In this document: piece by piece, positions 12,001 to 24,280 of the stretch
Numbering within the stretch: position 1 is the first letter of the stretch
How the letters are laid out: each line of letters starts with the position of its first letter
DNA from: Nemertoderma westbladi
Taxonomy: Eukaryota > Animalia > Xenacoelomorpha
Direction: 5' to 3'
Length of the DNA stretch: 58,000 nucleotides
Assembly: GCA_032718475.1 (NCBI GenBank)
Contig: JAUCBJ010002235.1
Span: 1 to 58,000 of the forward strand
Program-made: the position numbers and the translations under genes
The notes under the pieces: generated by a model
Told to the model about the DNA's origin: nothing
Seen by the model: only the letters and a program-made list of their open reading frames with translations
The model's database searches: none

Positions 12001-15000
12001 GCGTCCAGTCTTACTTTCACTCGAATAGTTGTCTGTGTTCGGGTCCCAAAATAGTCCCAACACCTTGGTCGTTGGTAGTGGTTCGAATTCCAAGTCAATG
12101 TCACCACCCCCACGTTCAGTCGTTTCGAATGAATTTACTAATTCGGTACTGTTCGAAGCAAACTTGGTAAGGTTAAAAACTCCGCCTGCTAAACAGTCCC
12201 GTAATTGATGTGCTACTGTAATGGCACGTTCTACTGTGTCGCAACTTTGTAATCCATCGTCAACGTAAAAGTCTCGTTCTACTACTTGGATTACCTCTGG
12301 GTCATACTTATGTTTCTGATCCCTAGCGGTTTGCTTTAGGGCGTACATAGTACAATTTGGGCTGTCTCTGGCCCCGAATACGCGAACTTGCATTTGGTAA
12401 GTCGCCGGTGGTTGACTTAAGTCTCCAACCAGGTACCAGAGGAACCTCAAACTGTCTCTGTCTCGCTCTAACGCTCGCACCTGGTGAAACATGGCTTCGA
12501 CGTCGCAAGTAAATGCTACTTGGCGTTGACGGAAGCGCATAATCACCCCCATGAGATAATTATTCATGTTTGGTCCATCCATCAGCTCACTATTGAGAGA
12601 CATTCCCTCAAACAGAGCCGCGCAGTCATTTACTACACGTACCTTGTCTGGTTTGTCGGGGTGTCTCACGTAGTGATGTGGCAAATAGTATGTCTGGTCT
12701 GTCACACGCTTTTGTCCTTCTGGGCTCCTCCCCGAGGCGCACCCACGAGGCGGACGTGTTTCCACCACCCTGGGGGCCGGTGACAAACCAAACCAGGCCG
12801 CAGGGTGGCCCGATGCTTCCCGGGTTCTGTTTTAGGTCCCCCGATCACACCAGCACAGCTCGTCGAACGTGTAGCCAGATGGGCGGCTACTGTCAACTTA
12901 CTGTGGCCTGACTGTACATTGAGCCAACTCAAAGTATAACAAAGAGTCAACCGGCAGGTGGACCAGTCGATAGCGATCGAGCACCAAGGTCGCCCTTGGG
13001 CCTAACCGACGGTCTTGTCCCAAGCGGGCTTGCGCTACCCAACATGGAATTTTGACTCGTTTTCACCTGCCTCGCCGGCAGTATTGAGGGGAAATAAGTT
13101 CTGCAAACAATACTGACTAGCTCGAAAGCTAGAAACAAGTAACCACTTACCAGTCACTGTACACGTGTACTCAACAGATGTTCACAATATCAAGTACACT
13201 ACGGTAAACACAAAATCTGACACATACCATGCACACACAGAGGACATAATCGGGTAAGACAAAATCGGTGTCAAAATCGGGAAAGACAAAATCGGAGGGG
13301 ACAAAATTGTATCGACCGGAATTGGCAAAGAGTCGAGAGTACTTTATTTTACCGACAGGGTAAAATAACTTTGTGTGCACAAAGTATGCTGGGGCGCAGT
13401 AAAGTATGGTCCTACTAATACCAGCGGCGTCTGGACCAACTGGCAAGGGTTCCCATACCCACTCGCAGTGGCCACACATACAATCACGTGTACTCACGTA
13501 CCCACAGCAACAGAAAACTCAAGACCCGAACAAATCCCAAAGACCAATCAGCTGACATGGAGACAATAACATATAGTATCAAAAAAACGGAACAGCTGAT
13601 GGCCAAAAGAACCCATCCAAGCCCCAAGCAAACTGCCACTGATCGCCCACATACAAACATAGTTCACGCCACATGAGCCACAAATCACACCATGCCACCA
13701 CCCCTACTGTGTACAGGACTGGCAGTACGGCAACAGGCCGACTAGACGGTACCACGGCACCATGGCAATTCATGGTTCGTTAGACACGAGAGCCTTCAGT
13801 GACTCCCTAGCACTATATTACCAGATTTAACGTGCCCCCAGACCCTCACGAGTCCGCCGCCGCCTGTTAGAGACACCCCTATAGAGACCTCACCTCTTTA
13901 GGTATCTCTGGGTTTGTCATTCTGATAGCGTACCCTTTTGTCAAATACGTCTCCATCTGTGTATTATACTGCAGATGGGCTTTCTCGTCCTTTAATAAAC
14001 GTTGTCGTATTGAGTTTAAACGTCTTAAAGCTAGTGGATAGTTGTTTATAAGTTTAGGACGTTGGTTACGCCATAGCATCCCTACCTCATAATGTCCGTC
14101 TTTCGTCTGGCGGATAGTATCTTCCATGATCTTTAAGGATTGTTTTTCTTGTTCCGACATGCATGGTTCGTAACTACCAGGCTCGGCTGTATCTTGTTCC
14201 AACCACTTGATAGTTTTTTCTGTTAAGTCTTTGTCCAGCGCAGCTTGTTCCACTTGACAATTCCTTAATTCGTCGGCATCGACAGGTGTTGATAAGGTTA
14301 TTGGTTGAGGTAGACTCGCAAGCCTTCCAGCGTTATCATCGGTCGTTGATGGAACCTCTGCCTGACGCGTCTCCTTCTTAATCTCTGGGCTTACCCTTTT
14401 GTAAAGTGGTTTCTGCTCCCTTTGACTTATTGTACTTGCTACACATGTCGTACTTGTCACTTTGCCGTGTATTGTCGAATTTCGGCGTGTAGTATAGTCT
14501 TTGTCGTGTGAAAAGGAATGAGTCGAAGTTGTAGTTAATAAACTACATGTACTTTGCACATCGTCTTCCTCATCACTTATATCTAGTGTGCGCACAGGCG
14601 CTCGAGTATACCAACCTATCGGAGTTCGACAGGCGTAAGCGTTTCCTGCTACGACTACCGATGGTCTGGTTTCCCACACTTGATGTAAGTTGAATTGATC
14701 TGTCCCGATCAGCATTGCTACTGATCTATAGTTAACAGGACATTCAGGTACACCAAGGTGTCTGAAATACTTACGGTCCTCTAAGGATTGTTCTGGCACT
14801 GGACCCAGTAGATTACTAAAGTCCTTAGTGGCCGCAAAAGTTAAATCCTTAAAGGGTAACAAAGACCTCTCCCTTTCGCTATGTTGCGATTTTGGAAGAA
14901 GAGTATCTAAGTTCAACTTAACTCGTGTCACTGGTATTCCACGTTGTCCATGCATACTACTTACAGTATATCTGACGTGCTTACCTTGTCGAAGATCCGT

Positions 15001-18000
15001 CACGACATCAGCTACCTTCTCGTCCACATAGCTGTGAGATGAGGCTGAATCTAAAATAGCATAGATCCGTTTGCTCCCTTTGGTGCCCGTAATCTTAACA
15101 GGAATTACGCTAAATCCCTTCAGTTGATCAGGCGTCAGAAGCGCAATCGATGGTTGTTCGTCCCCAGTGTTGAAATAAGCGTCGTCGTCTTCCGATTCTT
15201 CATCCGACGACCCGGATTGTTCTGGGAAACAATCCCGTATATGCGTCACGAAAGTTGGTGTTGTTCTCGATTCTCGATTCTTGTATGCAGTATTGCATTT
15301 CGCTGCTGCTTCTGGGTGTTCCCTAGTGAAGCGTTTTGTCTGCGTATGACTATCCGTGTGGAGCAAACCGTCATGGTTGCGTCCACAGGAAGGACAGGTG
15401 TCCGTATTTGGGCAATCCTTGCGAACATGTCCGTGTTGTGTACACCGCCAACAAGAATCCAATGGCCGTATCTGTAGCCGTCGTTCTTCCGAGTTTAACT
15501 CACGAAATAGCCGACAACCTCTTAACTTGTGACTAGTATGCCGGTTACCTAACTGCTCGCAGTATTGGCAACCGCTAAAGTCGGCACTCAGTTGCTGCCT
15601 GGTCTGTTTGATCCCAATAGGTGCAGATACTTTTCTACCATCGGAAAATTGTCGGGTTTCTATCGGTGTGGCGTAGGTGGCCGTCCTTGTGGATGGCGTC
15701 GGTGGTTTTTGTCGGTTAGATGATGGTAAGGTGATTCCTTCTGCTACAATGTGTTGGTCTGTGTAGTTAGAACGAGTCTCCACCACTGCTTCCCTAGATA
15801 TTAATAGGTACACATCCTCCAATTTCAAAAATCCACCCCTTTCTTCTCGCTGATATTCGATCTTCCTCCACTCCCTACGAAGTCGATGGTGTAGTCTCCC
15901 TATGATTTTTAATAGGACTGTAGGAGTGTTTCCGTAATCAAGTTGTCCAATTGATCGTAATGTCGTAATGGCGTTCTTGATTTCGTCAGCTAATTTCAGT
16001 AAGTCGACGGGTTTCGTAATAGCCCCCCCCCCTCTTACAGAGTTCCTCTATTACTGACTTGGCCATACTTACTGTACCTCCGTAGATTGAAGTTAAGCGA
16101 TCGTATGCCAATTCGAAGGCATCTGGTACACCAACAAAAGTATCTGCTAAACGTTTGGGTTCTCCCATCAGCGTTTGAAGCAGGTAGTTAAACTTTTCCC
16201 TCGATGTAAAAGCGCATGCCGCAATTTGAGATTCGATGTAATCCACGAAGGTATGCCAATGTTTTGAGTTTCCGGAGAACTTTGGTGGTTGCTGCGCCGG
16301 TAATCCTTGTCTGGCTGCGAATTTAGCTATCTCTTCTGCAACATTCAAAGTTTCGCGTCCCTGGGTAGCAATAGAGTTCGTTTTTCCCTGTCCAGGATGT
16401 CTTTTCTCATACCCTACATTTCCTGAATGTATATCCTTTTGCGGATGCTTCGGGTGTCTAGTATGTTCGAATTCCGTGTTTCTCGAACTATCAGTTTGAA
16501 CTTCCTCTAAGCGTTCCTCGATCTGGGCCAACTTGTTAACAACTGGTCGCAGAATGTCGGCGAATTGTTGTGTACTGATCGCGTCCGTTGGTTGTAACGC
16601 TTTCTGTGTTGGTGTATTTTGTGGAGGATTGTCTATAAAGGAATTAGTTGAACGCTCGCGTTTGCATTCATCGGCCGCTCCTGTTCTAAACACCTCGCAT
16701 TCCGGGTAATCCGATTCGCTCGAAGTACTACTATCACCTGGATACGGTGGCCGACGTGCTCGCGTCCGTTGGGTTGTCAGAATTCTAACATTCCGTTTAG
16801 AAACATCGTCTACTGGTTTCCGTTGTTCGGTAGGCTCACAAGTCTTCCTCGAAGTTGTAGATTGCGATGTAAACTGGTTAAACGGTCGCGTGTCTACTGG
16901 TCTCCGTTGCTCGGTAGGCTCACAAGTCTTCCTCGAAGTTGTAGATTGCGATGTAAACTGGTTAAATGGTCGCGTGTCTACTGGTCTCCGTTGCTCGGTA
17001 GGCTCACAAGTCTTCCTCGAAGTCGTAGATTGCGATGTAAACTGGATTTGTGGTCGTGTGTTGGCGTTTGAGTCTAACGGCCTTGAAGGCCTGAATACGA
17101 TTTGGTTTGCGTAGTGTGTCACAGGTTTAGGTGTCGAAGGTTGACTCACCTGTTTAGTCGTCATTAATGTAGGTCCGACTAATAAACTACTACGATCCAT
17201 TATTGGCGGATTACTTACCTTGACCTTTGGAATAGGCGATGACGTTGCTCTTGGCGGTATAAACTTATCCGGAATAATGAACCTGTGTTCCGTCGCATCA
17301 TGGATAGGAGATATATTACTACTACCCACAATCGAAACAGGTTCTTTTGTCGTAATTGGTGCAAACATATGAGTTACTTGAGGAAATCGTTGACATAATT
17401 CACCAACCAACTCTCGTCCTCGCTCAGGTGCTCCTACACTTCCTTCCTTTATTCGTTCCTGAATTTGGCGGTGCCTTACCTCTATCCAGTCTAGATCGTG
17501 TCCGTCTCGAGATCTCATCGATGGATCGCGGGCTTTAAGATCCAGATCCTCCTTGGCGTTAGCTAATTCTCTCGCCTTCCTTTCGAGTTCGAAATGAAGT
17601 TTAACCTCTTTCTCGCGTTGTTCCATTTGTTGTTGTTGCGCTTCTAACTCTGCTAATCGTATAGCTGATTGAGCCTTTATTTGCCGTTTTTTCATTTCGG
17701 CTCTCGCTTCTGAAACTAACCTTTGTCGCTCTAACTCGGCCGCTGCCGCTGCCCTTTGTCGCTCTAACTCAGCCGCTGCCGCTGCCGTTTGTCGCTCTAA
17801 CTCAGCCGCTGCCGCCGCTTGTCGCTCTAACTCAGCCGCTGCCGCTGCCGCCGTTTGTTGTGCAATGTCCAACTCTAACCTTTCCATCTCGGCTGCTTCA
17901 AACTCGGCTTGTTCTTGCAGATGAGAGATTCTTGCAACATTCGCAACGCGTAGTTTCTCTTCCTCTACTGCTGCTTGTACCATTAGCAGTTGAGTTTGTT

Positions 18001-18862
18001 CCTCCATCTCCTGTTGTTGTCTGTAGAACTGCTGCTGTTGTCGAGCAATTTCTGACGTTACCATACTTACCTCGCCAATTTCGCTGCGAATACTCACCAA
18101 TGATTGATCCATTATTCCCGGTGCCAGTTCGATTTGTGCGGGTGAAGTTTCCCTCGTAGCCTCCGGCACGGTTTCCCAATCTCCGACGTCTTCGCCGAAC
18201 ATACGTAAGTGATCCGTCAGATGTTTCAATTGTCCATCCAGCCTATACAATTCCTGTTCTTCCTCGGGCTGTAATAACTCGTCAGAAACTGACTCACCTA
18301 GCAACTGATCCGCTTGTTCTTGTTGTATCTGACTAACGGTCGTCTTAAATTGAATTAGTTTCTCCCTAGCGATCATTAATTTCTCGAGGATTCTGAACTG
18401 AGTGTCCGCGTCCTGTCTTTGTCTAGCTAGATCTTGTAGACTGATTAGGTTATCTACGGACTTATGTACTTTACTCTGTACTCTAACCTGTAAGGTGTAG
18501 AACTCAAACCGAGACATCGGAGCGGTCAACTCGTCTAATATGCGTTGGCCTTCTCCAATACTCCTGGTAATATGCGCCATGTATCCTCCGACGCTTCTAA
18601 CTACGCTCTCTTGGCTTCCTACTGAACTTACCATGTCCGTTTCCCTGTGTCTAGGTTGCGGGACCGTTAGAAAATCATCAGTCCTGCCGTCGCCTCGTAC
18701 TACGGCATCCGGTACTCCCGTTGGATGTACTGGTGACGCGCACGGTGTAGGTTCGGTAGGCTCACGAGTCTTCCCCTGTGGTTCTTCCGCTACTGACTTA
18801 TCCGCGTCACATGAGTCATAGTTGGTAGGTGTATTCTTCGTATAGTCTTGTTTGTCACTCAT
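9045..18862 (-). CDS. E1 gag-pol polyprotein (BEL/Pao), disrupted by two +1 frameshifts (~16030, ~12030) and a 1184-bp insertion
   Basis: Gag PPKFSG; three Cys/His knuckles (CQYC, CWRC..H..C, CPSC..H); protease ILDSAS; RT YLPHH, VFGA and FYVDD; RNase H FSDAS, PRAEL and WTDA; integrase HLHLKH..CIIC, GIDCFGP, SDQG and GVWERL. Confidence 0.95.
12706..13889. mobile_element. Unclassified 1184-bp non-coding insertion in E1 pol
   Basis: TCAC is duplicated at 12702-12705 and 13890-13893. Removing the insert restores in-frame IPKEVTDQTYYLPHH. No TG..CA ends, TIRs or poly(A). Confidence 0.85.
16806..17046 (-). repeat. 84-bp (28-aa) tandem repeat x3 in E1 gag
   Basis: QFTSQSTTSRKTCEPTEQRRPVDTRPFN x3; E2 has a single copy. 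Confidence 0.95.
17722..17860 (-). repeat. ~33-bp in-frame repeats (AAAAAELERQ) in the E1 gag coiled coil
   Basis: Four copies visible in both DNA and protein. Confidence 0.9.
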
Positions 18863-21800
18863 TTCGGTAGTTGTAAGTCAAGTAAAGTGAGTGTCAAAGT
18901 ATCAAACTTACCGTATTTATATCTAAACGGTATTAATTACAGTCATATAAAATTAGCCTACCGGCCGATTTTATAGCAAATGGATAAAATTAGCCTAGCG
19001 GCCAATTTTACAACAAATAAATGTCACGGAGTAAGTATATAATAAAATTAGCCTGGCGGCCAATTTTATAACAAATAAATCGGATAACGATATACGTTAT
19101 CAAAAGGTAAATTAAACAAATAATTAATGGACTAGTTCAGCAATAAACAAAGAAATCGTACGGAATGCATAAATACTTGAGACAGTGGGACCCACAATAA
19201 TTTTAACTAATACGGTAATGCCTAACTGATTTATGCAACTTTTCGAACTCACCCCCTCCAATAATTCTCCAGAAAAACAGATTCCCAGATACAAACCAGA
19301 CGTGAACCTTTCCGTTTTCAGCGTTGCGGACGAAGTGCGATTTTCCCAACCAAAGTTGTTGAGTTATCTATCTCCCAAACTTGCTAAACACGGTCTTGCT
19401 CTCGTTACAGTCTAGAAATGAGCTCTGAATCCTGAAAAACAAAAGAGTTTGGTTTTACTTTTACGAAAATTTTGTACCGGTACAATATGGTATTTAAACC
19501 CTTTTTTAAACACCGGTATTCAATTCCAAATATTTTACACGCGGTTCAAATCAAAATTTTATTTCAAAAATTAGCACTTAGCTAATCAAATACAAATTTT
19601 TACCTCAAAATACAAAATTTTCAAATAACTTTAGTCCTACTGAACCGTAGTTCAGTAAAACATATTCCTACTGTTCTAGGAAATATGTTAAATAATACCA
19701 TATTCCTACTGTTGGAAGAGACGTACCTAATACCTGCAATATCCTACTGTAAAGTCTGTGAATCAAATCATAAATCCGACCTTCTCACCAAAACAATAAA
19801 CTCTAAGTAAGCAAAACTATTGCAGTATTAGTCTCTTATAACTGGTGAGGCAGAAAACAGTCTACGAACGGACAAACTTCGATAAAACAAAATCCCGCGC
19901 AGCGAATCCTAAAATCAGGCTGACTCACTGACGGACTAAAGGCGCTCGTATACTTTGCCGCGGTGTGATTTATATGGGTGTGGGTGAGAGATACGCTAGC
20001 TAAATATTTAACTAGCGAGGACAAAGCGCAGTGCGGACTAAATTATTTTATATATTTTGAGGTGTAAATAATTTCTAACGCGTGTGTGTCTTGATTCTAA
20101 CGGTCAAAATCAGTTTTAGATCCTTCATATATATAATTACTGGGTCCGGTGTACATTTTACAAATATTCTAATTTTGTAACTTGTAGGTCTAATACTCAC
20201 GAATGATAAGGCTCTTTCCCCTTTTGTGTATTTCCAGGACTCAAATTCAGGCATAAGGTTAATACTACGCCCAGAATTCGGCAATTTAATTTACCAGGTC
20301 CCTAATACTAAGAAGAAATGTGTTAGTTTACTACAGTAAGCGTACAGTTACAAATATCTGGCCTGGCTTCCTATCTAGAATTTTGGTTGCCTAGGTAGGC
20401 ACGGCAACTTCCTATCAGAATGTCGGCGGGGACACGGTAGATGTTAGTATCCCTAATAGCCTCAATTTATATGCGCCTAGTGGTAAACTGCCCTACCGCC
20501 TGAACGGTACAATCCTAATTCAGGTAAAAACACAGTAACCCTCTAGCCTACAAGTTCAATGCAAATAATGGACACCGTTGTACTACAAAGGAGCCACCGA
20601 CTCACCTATACCTAGCAAGAGTCAGGCGTACAGCTTGCTGCACCCTACCAATGTGTATGCCTTGTACTGGTGTGCCTGTGTCTTATCTGTGTACTAGTAT
20701 CGTTCTGCCTGCTCTCCCCCCGTAAGAATATGAAGGTCTACTGCAGGTTTTCCTGAATTAAAACAGTACAGTCCCTAAATGTAATTTTTAGCGCACAGCG
20801 TGTCATTACCTCTACCTTCGATCTTAGTCTTACACTTAGGTAGCAAGGCATCGAACGCTGTCTAACCTTTCAGGCGATGGGCGAACAACCAAGAATAGAT
20901 ATTGCGGGTTGTCTCCTTCCTACATTCCTCCGATGTTCTCGTCTATTGCTGCGGCCCGCTGTCTAGCCTGCCATCTGTCCCTCAGTTGGGTTCACCGTGG
21001 TGAAGCATAGTAAAACAGATGTAACAAATACTTCTAACTTTATTACAAAATTAAACGATAACTATTATACAATAAATGTAACAAGACGTAGTAAGAAGTG
21101 AAGTGAAATTTAACAAGATTAAGATAACTAATGAACAAAATCGCACCTTTTATAGCAAATTTGTGCTGCTAACAATCTAGATAAATCTAGATTGTTCTAT
21201 GAGTTCTACTAGGTTTTTAAAGATAATCATTGGTCCAGCAAACACGTATCTTGCACGACATTGGTTACTATCAAATAACTGCAATCACATAGGTTAATCT
21301 ACCTTGAGCAAATGCAATTAAATCGTAGCGGTCAATTCAAATAAGTTGAAATTCAGCACAAAAATAATTCGAACCTGCTAGGATTTGAACTCGATACCTA
21401 CTAAACGAATTTCTAACGCTTAACCGACTGAGCTAGGCTTGGGGTGAAACAGACTGCTGGGAGGGGGGAAAAAAAATAAGAAAACCAGCAGGAAAACAAG
21501 GAAAAACAGAAAGGGGAAAAGAGGGAAAAGGGAAGAAAAAAAGAAAAAAATGTGAAAACATTAGACATATTGATGAAATGATTTATTTTATAAGTAGATA
21601 AAAAAAGTACGGTTTTCATTTTTAAATAGGACATTATTTTAACTACTTCCATTGAAACCCCAGTCAAAAATGTTCATGCGTATCGCATGTGGGTCACGCA
21701 TCTAATTCGCATGCGAATCGCATGGGAAAGTGTCGGGACCTTTAGAAGCGATACGCATGCGGATATCATGCGAAGTACCCATGCGTATCGCACGTGTCTA

Positions 21801-22363
21801 GCATGCGATTATCTTCAGTGTAGAATAAACCAATGGCCATATATGACCAAATAAATTAACCCTATCTGGTCCGGTCTATTTTTCTGCCCAGGGGGGGGGG
21901 GGGGCAGAGGGGGGTCATTCAATGGTTTAAAGGCTTTTGAGGTCGCTGTTTACACTCAAACACTGTCGGACAATATAACACAGGTGGTTCGAGTAAATTA
22001 CGGCGAATAAAGATACAAAAAAACAAAGAAAGAAAAGATACAAGAAACGTTAAAGATATATTCTTTGATGTAATAACTTCAACGATAAACTATTACTATA
22101 CATAATGTAATTTTTCTAGAATAAAAAGAACATTTCCAGTAAACAGAAAACATTGCCGATAAAGTTTTTACATTTATTAAAAATTCAATTTCGTAGATAA
22201 AAATAATGAATCTATAAACAATGCAGGAGTGGGAAATAATCTGCGATATAATAACTTTTAAGAAACGAGAATAAAGACACAGATATAAAAAAAAACAATA
22301 ATACCTCGTAATGGACATTGTAAGAACGTAGGCCATATTTTTTATAATTTATTTACTCCAACA

Positions 22364-22558
22364 TTAATAACCGCGAAATTTATAACATGGAAACGTAGAC
22401 ATAATCGCCTCAACCATTAAGCAATGGAATGTCAGTGATTTAGAATCCCATCCCTCGGTGCCAGCGCCCCCACATAGCGCCGCCAACCCATCCATCCATT
22501 GGTTGAGATCGGTATCCTCCTTAGCAACGAACAACCACTCGGGCCGCCTTTTTAACAT
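22364..22558 (-). pseudogene. Short fragment resembling the C-terminal strand and helix of a PH domain
   Basis: WLFVAKEDTDLNQWMDGL fits the PH pattern F-x-A-x(7)-W-x(3)-L; GC-rich island in AT-rich DNA. Confidence 0.4.
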
Positions 22559-23194
22559 TTAAAGTTTATTTAACATATTAACAATCTTAATGATATTATT
22601 TCATACAATAAGCAGGACAAAATAATCTCCACTCCAGTTAAAGTTTAACGGTATATACTATATATCCATCCATCTTACTCATCGCTGTCGCTATCAAGTA
22701 TTATTAGTTGCATGGCCAATGGAATTTGGTCCTGGAAATGGCAGAGGTAAAGATAACGTTGATTTACCACGTCTGGGTTGATGGTTCTCTTCACACGATA
22801 ACAGCAAGGGTGGACCAATCAACTGATAGCTCCTGAAATGAGGTCGTCGATTACTCCGGATATCCTGGGTTTGAATTTCCTTCCTTAGTTGTTTTAATGA
22901 ATAACCATTAGCTTTCATGTCCCGACATAATAATTTAGTAAGGAAATTTAGTAAGGAAGGTATAGAAGTTATTGTCAATCATATTATTACTATGTATTAT
23001 AATTTCAGCTCTATAATATTCACCACCACCATATTTAACTTCATATGTATTAACTTTGCCAATTAAATCCCGTTGAAAATTCCTAACTTCTCTCTCTAAG
23101 GCAACCGCCCATGCCATATTGCTTTGTCATGCCGACAATATACAATTGCGTGTGTAATATCCATATCAATTGTTTAGAACATTTAGAACACGAA

Positions 23195-23714
23195 GTGGGG
23201 ACTTCGCGCAGCACGAAGTTGGCAGAGCCTTAGCGAATTGACACTGTTAGGGGGTAGGTCAATTTATGCAAATAGTCACGTTGGCCCTCTAGCGGCAGAC
23301 TGGAGAACTGCAGATGGATTCGCCTCCTTTGAAAGTCACAGCTAATGGTCTAATACATATCTGCCAAGTTTCAGCTTAAACGGATTAAAAGCAAAGAAAT
23401 GGGAGGGCATTTAATGTTTAGACATGTGGCCCTCTAGCGGGAGACCATTGCACTGATGGTGTCTGAAAGTCTCTCAAAAATCTCAACTTTTGCTCATATT
23501 GATACCTACAAATTTTCAACTTGGCAGCTTTAAATCCGACAAAGTTATTAGCATGTCAAAATCGTAACGACGACGACAACGACGACGACGACGACGACAA
23601 CGACGACGACGACAACGACGACGACGACGACGACGACAACTATTTGCATAAATTGACCCACCCCCTAACAGTGTCAATTCGCTAAGGCTCCGCCAACTTC
23701 GTGGCTCGCCCCAC
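23195..23714. mobile_element. MITE-like element with ~65-bp subterminal inverted repeats and an internal (CGA)n microsatellite
   Basis: 23212-23276 is the reverse complement of 23638-23703; GTGGGG...CCCCAC ends; (CGA/CAA)n at 23567-23639. Confidence 0.75.
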
Positions 23715-24114
23715 ATCTATCTATTTGAGATATTGCTGTTTTAATCCGTGAATAATAATCGGGTATAATAATAATCGCATAATAATGCAGTGATAATACA
23801 GAAATACAGTAATAATAAAGAATAGGGACTAGTCTACATCAGATGTCATGATATATGATGCCTTGGGCTGAATTTGGAATAATAGAGAAACCATTGAACC
23901 CCTAACCCTACAGTACCGGTAGGTATATTAAACAGCCTCTGCCTTTAAACATCCTCTGCCTATTGCTTTAATAATAGGCTGATAATAGACCCCTAACAGC
24001 CTAAGGCAGGTATAGTGTATAGATAGGCAGCGTCACTGAAAGTACAATTTATAGAATTTAAATTTCCCTCTACTACCAGAGAACTCAATATTCTCACTGG
24101 ATTTTACACTTACC

Positions 24115-24280
24115 TTAGAAGCTCCCTACCACGCACCTTAACAAGCTACCACCGACCTTAGCACGCTACCACCGACCTTAGCACGCTACCACCGACCTTA
24201 GCACGCTACCACCGACCTTAGCACGCTACCACCGACCTTAGCACGCTACCACCGACCTTAGCTTTTACCACGCACCTTAG
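24115..24280. repeat. 20-bp tandem repeat (CTTAGCACGCTACCACCGAC) near the end of the insertion
   Basis: About 8 copies, 5 of them near perfect. Confidence 0.9.

Noticed and set aside
12995-13045. Twister ribozyme (CCUAAC...GUCCCAAGC)
   Set aside because: No downstream GAGGG-type pseudoknot partner or P2/P1 closure was found; the sequence is explained by a simple CTTGGG/CCCAAG hairpin. An Infernal search against Rfam twister models would settle it.
12706-13893. The pol insert as a spliceosomal intron (AG|GTGAGG start, in-frame AG near the end)
   Set aside because: The 3' end is purine-rich with no pyrimidine tract, and the 4-bp duplication points to a TE insertion.
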